A stretch of 61,934 nucleotides of DNA, counting the filler. It is 3 parts of 3 records of this genome, joined end to end, with 100 filler letters (N's around TTAATTAATTAA, not from the genome) between each part and the next. Parts side by side here need not be neighbours in the genome. Positions count along the whole stretch, not along the records: positions 1 to 11,611 come from SRR22947725_8613; 2 more parts are not named here. One strand, given 5' to 3'. Each line of letters opens with the position of its first letter. Position 1 is the stretch's first letter. The notes below the pieces were generated by a model. The model saw nothing but the letters and a program-made list of their open reading frames with translations. It was not told where the DNA came from and ran no database searches. The translations under genes were made by a program, and so were the position numbers. Of this stretch, positions 1 to 8,280 are shown one piece after another.

Positions 1-520
1 CGCGAGGATCAGTGCGCAGCGCGGTCAGCGCCTGCTGGCTTTGAATCCGAACGAACTGAATGTGAGACCAGCTAGGGTCGGCCATCACCGCCCGATACCG
101 CCGGCGGATGGGGCCGAGATGGGTGATCGCCCAGAGCAGAATAGAGTCCCGGCTGAACAAAGCCTTGCGTAACGTTTCCCGGTTACCGGCCCAAAGCACT
201 TCGCCCTTGAGGGATCTCCGAAGGGTTCGCTTTAACACTTGCATCAGGATCCGCCAAGCCGGTAGGTCAAGCCAGATCACCACCTCGATGTTGGCCCATT
301 TAATGGGGCGGGTTCGGTCATAGTTGCCATCTAACACCCAGCCAGGCGCTGACAGGGCGGTCGTAATGCGCGCAAGAAACGCAGGGTCCGGGGCAGGGGT
401 CCAATTGGGCTGCCAGAACAACGCGTCGAGTTCGATATAAGGCAGTGCCAGTTCCCGTGCCAGGTGCTGGCCAAGGGTTGATTTACCGCAACCACTGCTC
501 CCGACGATGTTAATCCTCAC
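1..520 (-). CDS. P-loop kinase, adenylate kinase-like/topology modulation (FlaR-like) family; 3' end runs off the window
   Basis: Not in the ORF track. Manual translation from GTG at 520 (AAGGA RBS upstream) gives MRINIVGSSGCGKSTLG...IELDALFWQPNW...WVLDGNY...VIWLDLP, open to the window edge. Confidence 0.85.
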   Translation of the reverse strand, partial: MRINIVGSSGCGKSTLGQHLARELALPYIELDALFWQPNWTPAPDPAFLARITTALSAPGWVLDGNYDRTRPIKWANIEVVIWLDLPAWRILMQVLKRTLRRSLKGEVLWAGNRETLRKALFSRDSILLWAITHLGPIRRRYRAVMADPSWSHIQFVRIQSQQALTALRTDPR

Positions 521-539
521 GGCAATCCTTATCGGCTCG

Positions 540-1007
540 TTAGGCCGGGTTAAGGCTCCCAATGCTACCAATACAGGCTTGCGCGGCTTCGATCCCTTTC
601 GTTACAAAGTGGGCTTTAAAGAATTCCGGTTGGCCCTGGCCTAAGAAATCCTGCGGCGTCAGTACGGCCGAGAAGAGCGGCACGCCCGTTTCCAGTTGCA
701 CGTTCATGAGGCCGCTGATGACAGCGGTTGCGACAAATTCATGCCGGTAGATGCCGCCATCGACGACCAGGCCGGCGGCCACAACGGCAGCATAGGTGCC
801 GCTAAGGGCCTCGAGCTTTGCACGCAACGGGATCTCAAAGGCGCCAGGGACCTCAATCAGATCGACAGCGCGGCTGTCGATGCGGCCTTGTTCGGCAAGG
901 AAAGCATCCCGCAGCTCATCGACAATGTCGCGATGCCAGCAAGATTGGATGAATGCAATGCGGGGTCGAGCCGCGGTTTCTTTGAAATTGGGTCGAAAAG
1001 TTGTCAT
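540..1007 (-). CDS. ribH: 6,7-dimethyl-8-ribityllumazine synthase, type II (RibH2-like)
   Basis: Motifs IAFIQSCWHRDIV, VPGAFEIP, VDGGIYRHEFVA, KGIEAAQAC. Start moved to the ATG at 1007 because the longer ORF overlaps the riboswitch leader. Confidence 0.92.
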   Translation of the reverse strand: MTTFRPNFKETAARPRIAFIQSCWHRDIVDELRDAFLAEQGRIDSRAVDLIEVPGAFEIPLRAKLEALSGTYAAVVAAGLVVDGGIYRHEFVATAVISGLMNVQLETGVPLFSAVLTPQDFLGQGQPEFFKAHFVTKGIEAAQACIGSIGSLNPA

Positions 1008-1083
1008 CTGTTGTTTGCCTTTTACGCATGGTTTAACAACAGGGCAAACGAGGGGCTTCGTGCAAATTGCTGCGTCGCGGGAC

Positions 1084-1220
1084 CTCATCCTCATAACCAG
1101 ACTTTAACTGTCGGCCTCGGAATCTAACCGAGTCTGCTGTCCTCTTCATGATGAAGAGCGCCCGCGGGCTACGCTATGCGATTACCGCCGGTGGGGACTT
1201 ACACCCCGCCCTGAGAATTG
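1084..1220 (-). ncRNA. FMN riboswitch (RFN element)
   Basis: Minus strand reads CTCAGGGCGGGGTGTAAGTCCCCACCGGCGGTA...AGCCCGCGGGCGC...CAGCAGACTCGGTTAGATTCCGAGGCCGACAGTTAAAGTCTGG, matching the RFN consensus blocks. It lies directly upstream of ribH. Confidence 0.95.
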
Positions 1221-1240
1221 TCGCTTGTGGCGACCCGGTG

Positions 1241-1246
1241 AGTATA
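1241..1246 (-). promoter_or_regulatory. Candidate sigma70 -10 box (TATACT) for the riboswitch-ribH transcript
   Basis: TATACT about 20 nt upstream of the aptamer on the minus strand; no clear -35. Confidence 0.45.
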
Positions 1247-1337
1247 CGAAAGCCGGATTTTTTTGTATAGCATTGCGGCGCTTTCATTAACCAAAGAATT
1301 TTTAGGTTTGAAGGCGCGAATCAGAGCCTAACGCGGA

Positions 1338-1700
1338 TCACGAGCTTGCCTCGCCTGCCGCTTTGCAAGCCAGGCACAAGCTGGCCTCGGGATAGGCGTG
1401 TAGCCGAGGCAGCGCAATCGGTTCTAGGCATTCTAAACAGGTGCCATAGGTGCCGTCTTCGATTCGGGCAAAGGCCTTTTGAATAGCCATCAAGCGATTT
1501 TTGGTTACGGTGCGGTTGGCTCTTAGAATGCTTTGGTTGTGCATTTCATCCATGCGGCTCAAGCGCGAGGCATTTTCTTTGAGCGGCATCTGTTGGGCCG
1601 CGGATTCGGTGTTGGTTAATAGGGTTGATAATCGCTCGTCAAGCGCTTCAAGCGCCGCGCGCATGGCCAACCGGGTGGGTTCATCGAGTGCTTGCGTCAT
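1338..1700 (-). CDS. TraR/DksA family C4-type zinc-finger protein
   Basis: Coiled coil with LSRMD tip, followed by GTYGTCLEC...PEASLCLAC. Confidence 0.88.
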   Translation of the reverse strand: MTQALDEPTRLAMRAALEALDERLSTLLTNTESAAQQMPLKENASRLSRMDEMHNQSILRANRTVTKNRLMAIQKAFARIEDGTYGTCLECLEPIALPRLHAYPEASLCLACKAAGEASS

Positions 1701-1929
1701 GCTGTGAGCTTAGCACTGAATCTAGACAAAGTGCCGCGGCAATGGCCAAGCCGCTTTGGCTGACAAAGGGCTCAGCGCTGCCACCGGGGTTGCTACTGGG
1801 CAGATCAAAGACACCTTTAACGCAGGCCTTTTAATCTTGGGACTGCAGCCGGTGCCTGAGACTGAGCCGGGCCCTGTGGGGCGGTTGCCAAACCTAGAGC
1901 GCTTTAGGCACCTCGATCAATACCGCGGC

Positions 1930-3960
1930 TTAGCTTGCCAGGCCACGATTCACCAGTAACGCATCCACCGCAGGGTCTCGGCCTCGAAAGGCTCGGTAGA
2001 GGGACATCGGTTCAGCGGAGCCGCCGCGCTCTAAGATGTTCTGCCGAAAGGATTGGGCCGTGGCCGGGTCGAACAAGCCCTGCTCTTTGAAGGCCTCAAA
2101 CCCATCCGCGTCCAGTACTTCCGCCCAAATATAGGCGTAGTAGCCCGCGGAATAGTGATCTCCAGCAAAGATGTGTTGAAAGTAGGTTGATTTATAGCGG
2201 GGCGCGATGGTCACAGGTAATCCGATTCGGTCCATCTCGGCCGCCTCGAGGGCTTTGACATCCGCTGCAGCATCCGGCGCTTGTGCGTGCCAGGCCAGAT
2301 CGAGATATGCCGCAGCGAGATATTCCGAGGTTTGAAAGCCTTGGTTAAACGTGCTCGACGCCCGAATTTTTTCGATCAGGGCGTCTGGGATGACGTCGCC
2401 GGTTTCATAGTGACGGGCATAGCGCCTCAAAACCTCAGGTTCTGTTGCCCAGTGCTCAAAGATTTGAGAGGGGAGCTCAACGAAGTCTTGTTTTACGCTG
2501 GTGCCTGCCTGACTGGGGTAGCGGACCTGGCTGAGCAAACCATGCAGGCCATGACCCAGCTCGTGGAATAAGGTTGCAACCTCATCGAGCCCCAAAAGAC
2601 ACGGAGAGGCCTTTGCGAAATTACAGCAATTGACAATGATGGGGCGAATGTTGCTGCCCAGATTAGATTGCCCTCTGAATTGGCTCATCCAGGCGCCGCC
2701 GCGTTTAGACGGCCGCATAAAGTAATCGGCTAAAAAAATGCCGATCAGCGTGCCATCGGCATCAATCACTTCATAGCTTTGAACATCCGAGTGATACGTG
2801 GGGAGCGCAGGCGCCGGTTTAAACGTTATGCCAAACAGCGCGCGAGCAACTTCAAAGGCCCCATCGCGAACCTGCTCGAGTGCAAAGTAAGGCTTGGTTT
2901 CGGGCTCATTTAAATCAAAGCGTTCTGAGCGGAGCTTCTCGGTGTAGTACCACCAGTCCCAAGGCGCCAACTCAAAATTCTGGCCTTCCTGACGAATGCG
3001 GGCCTGCAGATCGGCGGCTTCCTGTTGCGCTTTCTTTTGAGCGGGCTGCCAGACTTGATCCAAGAGTTGATGCACTTGGCTGGGATGACCTGCCATGCGG
3101 TCTTCAAGCATGTAGTGGGCGTGGGAGGCAAAGCCTTTGATCTGGGCGCGCTGATGTCGAAGCTCGGCAATCTCGACGGCAAGGGCCTTGTTATCCGCGG
3201 CATTGCCAAGGTCGCCGCATCGGGTGTAGGCCTCGAACAAGGTTTCCCGGAGTGCCCGGTTGTCGGCAAACTGCATGAACGGCGTGAAAGACGAGCGCGA
3301 GATACTAAAGGCATAGTGTCCTTCTGGGTGACCACGTTGGGCGGCTTCATTGCGGGCGGCAGCGAGGACCGATTCGGGCAGGCCGCGAAGGTCGTCCTCA
3401 CGGGTCAAGACCAGTTCGAATTGGTTGGTCTCGGCCAATACATTGTGCCCAAAGCGGGTTTCAAGTGTGGCCAGCTGCTCGTTGATGTCGCGGATCTGTT
3501 GTCGGGCTGGGGCATTGAGTTCGACGCCGCCTCGGACAAAATCGTTGTACAGCGTCTCGAGCAATAATTGCTGATCCGGTTGGAGGCCGAGGTTTGGCAA
3601 ATCCAAAAAGAGAGTCTTAATACGCTGAAATAAACCGAGGTGGTTATACACATTGCTGTTGTGATTGGACCATTGAACGGAAACGGCTTCTTCGATGGCC
3701 TGCAGGGCCTCATTGGTGTCGGTCGAGACCAAATTAAAGAACACATCGGCAGTTTTGGTGAGCAGTTGGCCGCTGGCCTCCAGTGCAACCAACGTATTGT
3801 CAAAGCTTGGCGGGGCGGGGTTGTTGGCGATGGCCTCAATTTCGGCCCAATGCTCGCTGAACCCTTGCTCGAAGGCCGCTTCAAAATGATGGTCCTGAAT
3901 TGTTTCAAACGGGGGCATGTTGAAGGGCGTTTGCCAGGTCTCAAAGAATGGGTTGCTCAT
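1930..3960 (-). CDS. dcp: M3 family metallopeptidase, peptidyl-dipeptidase Dcp-like
   Basis: 676 aa; KRGGAWM, TLFHELGHGLH (HExxH), DFVELPSQ and YSAGYYAYIWAEVLDAD. Confidence 0.88.
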   Translation of the reverse strand: MSNPFFETWQTPFNMPPFETIQDHHFEAAFEQGFSEHWAEIEAIANNPAPPSFDNTLVALEASGQLLTKTADVFFNLVSTDTNEALQAIEEAVSVQWSNHNSNVYNHLGLFQRIKTLFLDLPNLGLQPDQQLLLETLYNDFVRGGVELNAPARQQIRDINEQLATLETRFGHNVLAETNQFELVLTREDDLRGLPESVLAAARNEAAQRGHPEGHYAFSISRSSFTPFMQFADNRALRETLFEAYTRCGDLGNAADNKALAVEIAELRHQRAQIKGFASHAHYMLEDRMAGHPSQVHQLLDQVWQPAQKKAQQEAADLQARIRQEGQNFELAPWDWWYYTEKLRSERFDLNEPETKPYFALEQVRDGAFEVARALFGITFKPAPALPTYHSDVQSYEVIDADGTLIGIFLADYFMRPSKRGGAWMSQFRGQSNLGSNIRPIIVNCCNFAKASPCLLGLDEVATLFHELGHGLHGLLSQVRYPSQAGTSVKQDFVELPSQIFEHWATEPEVLRRYARHYETGDVIPDALIEKIRASSTFNQGFQTSEYLAAAYLDLAWHAQAPDAAADVKALEAAEMDRIGLPVTIAPRYKSTYFQHIFAGDHYSAGYYAYIWAEVLDADGFEAFKEQGLFDPATAQSFRQNILERGGSAEPMSLYRAFRGRDPAVDALLVNRGLAS

Positions 3961-4271
3961 GTGGGCTCAACATTGATGGAATCAAAAAGAGTTTAACAAG
4001 TTCTATGCACCTGCGAGCAAGTTGGCGGGCCGGGCGCCCCAATCGGTGCTAGCGGATGCGCGGGAAACGAAAGCTGGGCGCGCTGGCCGCTTGATACCGG
4101 CGCGCTGCGCGCTGCGGGCGCTGAGGTCATTTGCCGCTGAGGCTGTCTGCAAAAACCTCGCACAACCGACAGCCCCGACTGACCGAGACGGGCTCGTATC
4201 ATTTGTTCCAACGCTCGGGCGGGGGGCAAGGCTTGCTGCACCGAAGTTCGCCACTCGTGCTGGGCTGGGTC

Positions 4272-6035
4272 CTAATCCAAAGCTTTTTGAGTTGTAATCC
4301 AATCTAGGATGGTCGCTTGCACCATGGGCAACGTCACACTGCCATTTTCTAAGACGCGCCGATGAAAGGTCTTGAGATCGAATCCGTCGCCCAGTTGATC
4401 TTCCGCTAGCGCTCTGAGGCGTTTGAGTTCGAGCATGCCGAGCATGTAGGCATTGGCTTGACCCGGCCAGGAGATGTAGCGATTGATTTCGTTTTCGATA
4501 TCAAAGCGAGACCAGCCGCAATGGTTCAGCATGTAGTCAACCGCTTGGTCTCGATCCCAGCCGAGGGTGTGAATGCCCGTGTCGATCACAAGACGGGCGG
4601 CTCTTGCGCCCTGATCGGACAATAACCCGATGCGGTCGAGGGGGCGGTCATAGAGGTCCAGTTCATCGGCCAATCGTTCGGCGTACAGCGCCCAGCCTTC
4701 CCCGTAGCCCGCGTTGCCCAAGTACCGGGCAATGGGGTGGACTGCGTCGCCTAACTCCAGGGCAATAGCGCCTTGCAGATGATGCCCCGGATAGGTTTCA
4801 TGATAGAGGGTTGACTGCTGGGTCGCTTGGGTGCGCAACTGGGGCTCGCTGACAGCGATGTAATAGATCCCCGGCCGCGCGCCATCTTCTGATGAGGAAT
4901 GGTATTCACCGCTGCCACTGGCGGCGAAGTCTGGATAGGGTTTAATGAGAACGTTTGCTTTAGGCAGTAAATCGAATACCGACGCCATTTTAGGCTGCGC
5001 GCGGGCCAATGCGGCAATTGAAGAGTCGAGAACGGCCTGTTCTGTCTCGAACGTAAACGCCGGATCCCGATTGATGCGCCTTAAAAACGTTGCCGTGGCT
5101 TCGCCCTCAAAATGGGTATCGATGATGTCCCGCATCTCAGCTTGGATGCTGGCCATTTCAGCTAGACCCGCGCGGTGAATCTCGCCTGGGGTGACGGATA
5201 GGGTTGAGAATGCGCGCACCAAAGCGGTATAGCACTGCGCGCCATTGGGATTGTTGCTGATGGCAAGTGCTGTCCGGGCGTTGGGCAGGTATTCGGTTTC
5301 AATAAAATCGGCAAACAGGTTGAGCGCTGGCTGAATCGATTGATCGTACGTGCGCTGCACGGCTTCTTGAAACAATGGATCGTCAGACCGTTTGCCGAGG
5401 TTCAAGAAGGGGTTGTCGGGCTGCAGAAGGGCTCTGACTTGGTCGGGAACCGCAACGACGGTGAGGCGGGGCGAGGCGTAACCTTGGGCAAGGCCGGCTC
5501 TTAAATTCTCGATTTCAGTTTCGATGTAGCCGGCGACCGCGCTGAGGCGCGTGAGCGCATCCAAGCGCTCGGTTTCAGTGGCAATTGGTTGGATGTCGAA
5601 AATAAAGGGCAGGCCAGTGTACCAAGCGGTGGTTGTGCTGGTTTCCCAGAGCGCTTTTTGGCAGATGCGAGTGCTTTGGCTGGACGACAGCGCCTCGATC
5701 AAAAAGCCATAGGTGATCCAGTCTCGAGCGCCAATGGCGCTTGGTGCTGGCAGCGCCCGCACTGCATCGAGAAAGGCATCCTCTTGGTCGTGCCAGCGTT
5801 TCAGGCTCGCTTGGGAATTATCGAACAACCGGTCGTGGCGCCAGCCGGGCAAATCGTAAGCCGTCGCCATGCTGGGATAGCGCTCGAGCAGGGCGTCAAC
5901 GTAGGCATCCGCAATCGATTCAATGGGGCTCGGCTCTGCAACCGGTGCGGGGATAATGGCTTGGCAACCTGATAGCAACAGGAAGGTTAGGAGTGCGGCG
6001 GTCCGGCCGCGAATTTTAGTCAATGGATAGGGCAT
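4272..6035 (-). CDS. DUF885 family lipoprotein (putative metallopeptidase)
   Basis: HETYPGHHLQ, EGWALYAE, RAARLVIDTGIH, RYISWPGQA. Lipobox LLSGC suggests a start at 6035 (ORF track start is 6110). Confidence 0.88.
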   Translation of the reverse strand: MPYPLTKIRGRTAALLTFLLLSGCQAIIPAPVAEPSPIESIADAYVDALLERYPSMATAYDLPGWRHDRLFDNSQASLKRWHDQEDAFLDAVRALPAPSAIGARDWITYGFLIEALSSSQSTRICQKALWETSTTTAWYTGLPFIFDIQPIATETERLDALTRLSAVAGYIETEIENLRAGLAQGYASPRLTVVAVPDQVRALLQPDNPFLNLGKRSDDPLFQEAVQRTYDQSIQPALNLFADFIETEYLPNARTALAISNNPNGAQCYTALVRAFSTLSVTPGEIHRAGLAEMASIQAEMRDIIDTHFEGEATATFLRRINRDPAFTFETEQAVLDSSIAALARAQPKMASVFDLLPKANVLIKPYPDFAASGSGEYHSSSEDGARPGIYYIAVSEPQLRTQATQQSTLYHETYPGHHLQGAIALELGDAVHPIARYLGNAGYGEGWALYAERLADELDLYDRPLDRIGLLSDQGARAARLVIDTGIHTLGWDRDQAVDYMLNHCGWSRFDIENEINRYISWPGQANAYMLGMLELKRLRALAEDQLGDGFDLKTFHRRVLENGSVTLPMVQATILDWITTQKALD

Positions 6036-6061
6036 TATTTTGGCTCGCTGAGTCATCATCC

Positions 6062-6094
6062 GTTGGATTGAGGTTGGATTGAGGTTGGATTGAG
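6062..6094. repeat. 11-bp tandem repeat (GTTGGATTGAG) x3
   Basis: Read directly from the sequence. Confidence 0.9.
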
Positions 6095-6218
6095 TTTGGG
6101 TCGCGTACAAGCATTTTACGAAAAAAAACGCGATGGTGGGTCGTGCGAGCCCAAAACCGGGTTGCGCAGCAGAATTAGATCACGATAGATTCAGGGAACA
6201 TTTAAGGGAGAAAATCCG

Positions 6219-6593
6219 ATGGATGATGCCGATCAAATACGAGAAACCGTGCAGGTTTATTTCGACAGTATGTTTGAATCCGATGTCGACAAGGTGCACG
6301 CCGCCTTTCACCCCAATGCGAAGATAACAGGCTATTTGCCGACCGGTTTGGCGGAGATGAGTGTCCTAGATTTTGCGCATTTTGTGGGCGCACAGCCGTC
6401 GGCAAAGCGCGCGGGTGAATCGGCGTATTTAGAGATTATCGCACTGGAGATTGCTGGCGCGACGGCGGTTGTGCAGCTCCGAGACGATTATATTGGCAGT
6501 CGTTTCCTGGATACGCTGTCGTTTTTGAAGGTTGATGAGCGCTGGGTTATTTACAATAAACTGTTCCACGTGGAAGGCCCAGCAGGCGGTTAG
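6219..6593 (+). CDS. NTF2-like protein, putative lumazine-binding (Lumazine_bd_2-like) family
   Basis: YFDSMFESDVDKVHAAFHPNA...FLDTLSFLKVDERWVIYNKLF pattern; GGGAGA RBS. Confidence 0.75.
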   Translation: MDDADQIRETVQVYFDSMFESDVDKVHAAFHPNAKITGYLPTGLAEMSVLDFAHFVGAQPSAKRAGESAYLEIIALEIAGATAVVQLRDDYIGSRFLDTLSFLKVDERWVIYNKLFHVEGPAGG

Positions 6594-6723
6594 GTGGGGT
6601 CGACAGTGCGCGTTTACTTCGAATAAGACCCGGTGAGATCAATTATTCCTGATCGCGTTTTGTAGAGCGTATTGGGTCGATCGCGTTGGTCAGATGGCGA
6701 TTGTAAAATGGCGTTTGGCACAG

Positions 6724-6759
6724 AGCGCTTGTTAACCAGCGCTTGTTAACCAGCGCTTG
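6724..6759. repeat. 14-bp tandem repeat (AGCGCTTGTTAACC) x2.5
   Basis: Read directly; lies between two convergent genes. Confidence 0.85.
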
Positions 6760-6804
6760 CGGCCCAGAGCTGGTTAGCCAGGGCGACTTTAAGACCAACG
6801 CTGG

Positions 6805-7356
6805 CTACCATTCCAGGTCATCCGGAATTGGGTAGTCTTTATAAGGGTCGTCCTCATCGATCGCGTCGAGCGCCCGGTCGTGCAGATACAACACCGAGTC
6901 GGCATGGCGTGCTTGGATTCTGCGGGCAACGACCTCTGGCACGAGATCATAACGATCCTCGACCTTCACAATGGCGAGGTATCCCTGATTGAGCTGGGTT
7001 TTGTTCTCTTCTGAAACATAGAGCTTCTTGACTTTCTTCTCGTCCGTAAAGTTGTACGCCACCTCACCAGCTTGTCGCTGTGAGTGGGCCGCAATCAGTT
7101 GCTTAACCTGGGCCAGTAAGGCTTTGTGTTGGGCTGCATGATTTCGCGCTTCATTGCGCGCCCGGTCGGCTTCTATTTTCTGCGTTCGGGCCGCTTCAAC
7201 CTCTTGTTTCACCGCATCAACATCAATGCCTTTTTTGATGCGCAGCTCCGTGCGCAGGGCGCCGCGCTCCGCCTTTTTGGCTTGTTTTGCGGTCACAAGA
7301 CCAGCGTCTTTGAGCTGATCGCGGAGCGATCCAAAGGTTTTTTTGTTTTTTGACAT
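6805..7356 (-). CDS. DUF2058 (YaiL-like) family protein
   Basis: SLRDQLKDAGLV at the N terminus, YNFTDEKKVKKLYV, and C-terminal DDPYKDYPIPDDLEW. Confidence 0.88.
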   Translation of the reverse strand: MSKNKKTFGSLRDQLKDAGLVTAKQAKKAERGALRTELRIKKGIDVDAVKQEVEAARTQKIEADRARNEARNHAAQHKALLAQVKQLIAAHSQRQAGEVAYNFTDEKKVKKLYVSEENKTQLNQGYLAIVKVEDRYDLVPEVVARRIQARHADSVLYLHDRALDAIDEDDPYKDYPIPDDLEW

Positions 7357-7484
7357 ACGGCCAGTATGACGCCTATGGCAGACGCAAACAATTCTTCATT
7401 GGGTTGCAGGCCGTTTGAGAGAAACAAACCCGCCTGATCAGAACTTGGGTATGATGCGGAGCTCTAACGGATGATGCGCGTGCA

Positions 7485-7868
7485 ATGAAAGACTGCAACC
7501 AATGCGGCAAGTGCTGCCAGATTTATGGCGATGGCGGGCTGTCGGCAACCCAGGCGGAGATCCGCTGGTGGCAGGACAATCGGCCCGAGATCGCGCGGTT
7601 TGTGCAGGCAGGACGAATTTGGATGGACCCTGAAACCGGTGAAGCCCTTACGGCTTGTCCTTGGCTCAAGCCGTTGCCGAATCAAAATAAGTATGGCTGC
7701 AGCATTTATGAGGACCGGCCAGATGATTGCCGGCAGTACCCGGTGCTCGTGAGTGACATGATCCGAGATGGCTGCGAGATGATCGAGGCAATCGATTTGA
7801 AACGCCCTAAGGTGGCGCAAACCAAGCTGGATCAGCTGATGATTGATAGTCGAGCGCAACAACGATAG
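7485..7868 (+). CDS. YkgJ family CxxCxxCC cysteine-cluster protein
   Basis: CNQCGKCC...CPWL...CSIYEDRPDDCRQYP. Confidence 0.85.
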   Translation: MKDCNQCGKCCQIYGDGGLSATQAEIRWWQDNRPEIARFVQAGRIWMDPETGEALTACPWLKPLPNQNKYGCSIYEDRPDDCRQYPVLVSDMIRDGCEMIEAIDLKRPKVAQTKLDQLMIDSRAQQR

Positions 7869-8280
7869 GACCGCTTTCAGCGCGTTAAAAGGGTCCTTCA
7901 CCAATCTGTTGCCTGTGAAACAACTTGCGGGCATTGGCGGCCTTTGATCTCGTGTTGGAGATGCCGTCCGGGCCAGTCGCGCGGGCTTTTGATCATTGGC
8001 GCGTCAATCTGGGCTCATTGGTGCGGTTGGGTTGAGCGCAGGGCCTGGTCATTAGGGGCCGATAAACGCCCGCTTCGAGGCGCTTTGAACCAACAGATGC
8101 GCCGGGTGAAAACACCCGCGTTTGTATTTCAAAGAGTTGTGCTCTAGTGTCGTAAGCGGAATCTTGGTTCGAGCAGTTGTTGGGTGTGGTGTTGTCACAC
8201 ATGGCAATTTCGCGGAACTTCGATAACCAAAGCGGCGGCCGGCAAGGGAATCCCTGCGCGCTTGAGATCAAGGAGAGGGA

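Noticed and set aside
6219-6593. Functional link between the putative lumazine-binding NTF2 protein and ribH
   Set aside because: About 5 kb apart, on opposite strands, with unrelated genes between; the family name is only putative.
6062-6759. Short tandem repeats or the REP-like elements as a CRISPR array
   Set aside because: Units are 11-14 bp without spacers, the REP-like copies are dispersed, and there are no cas genes.
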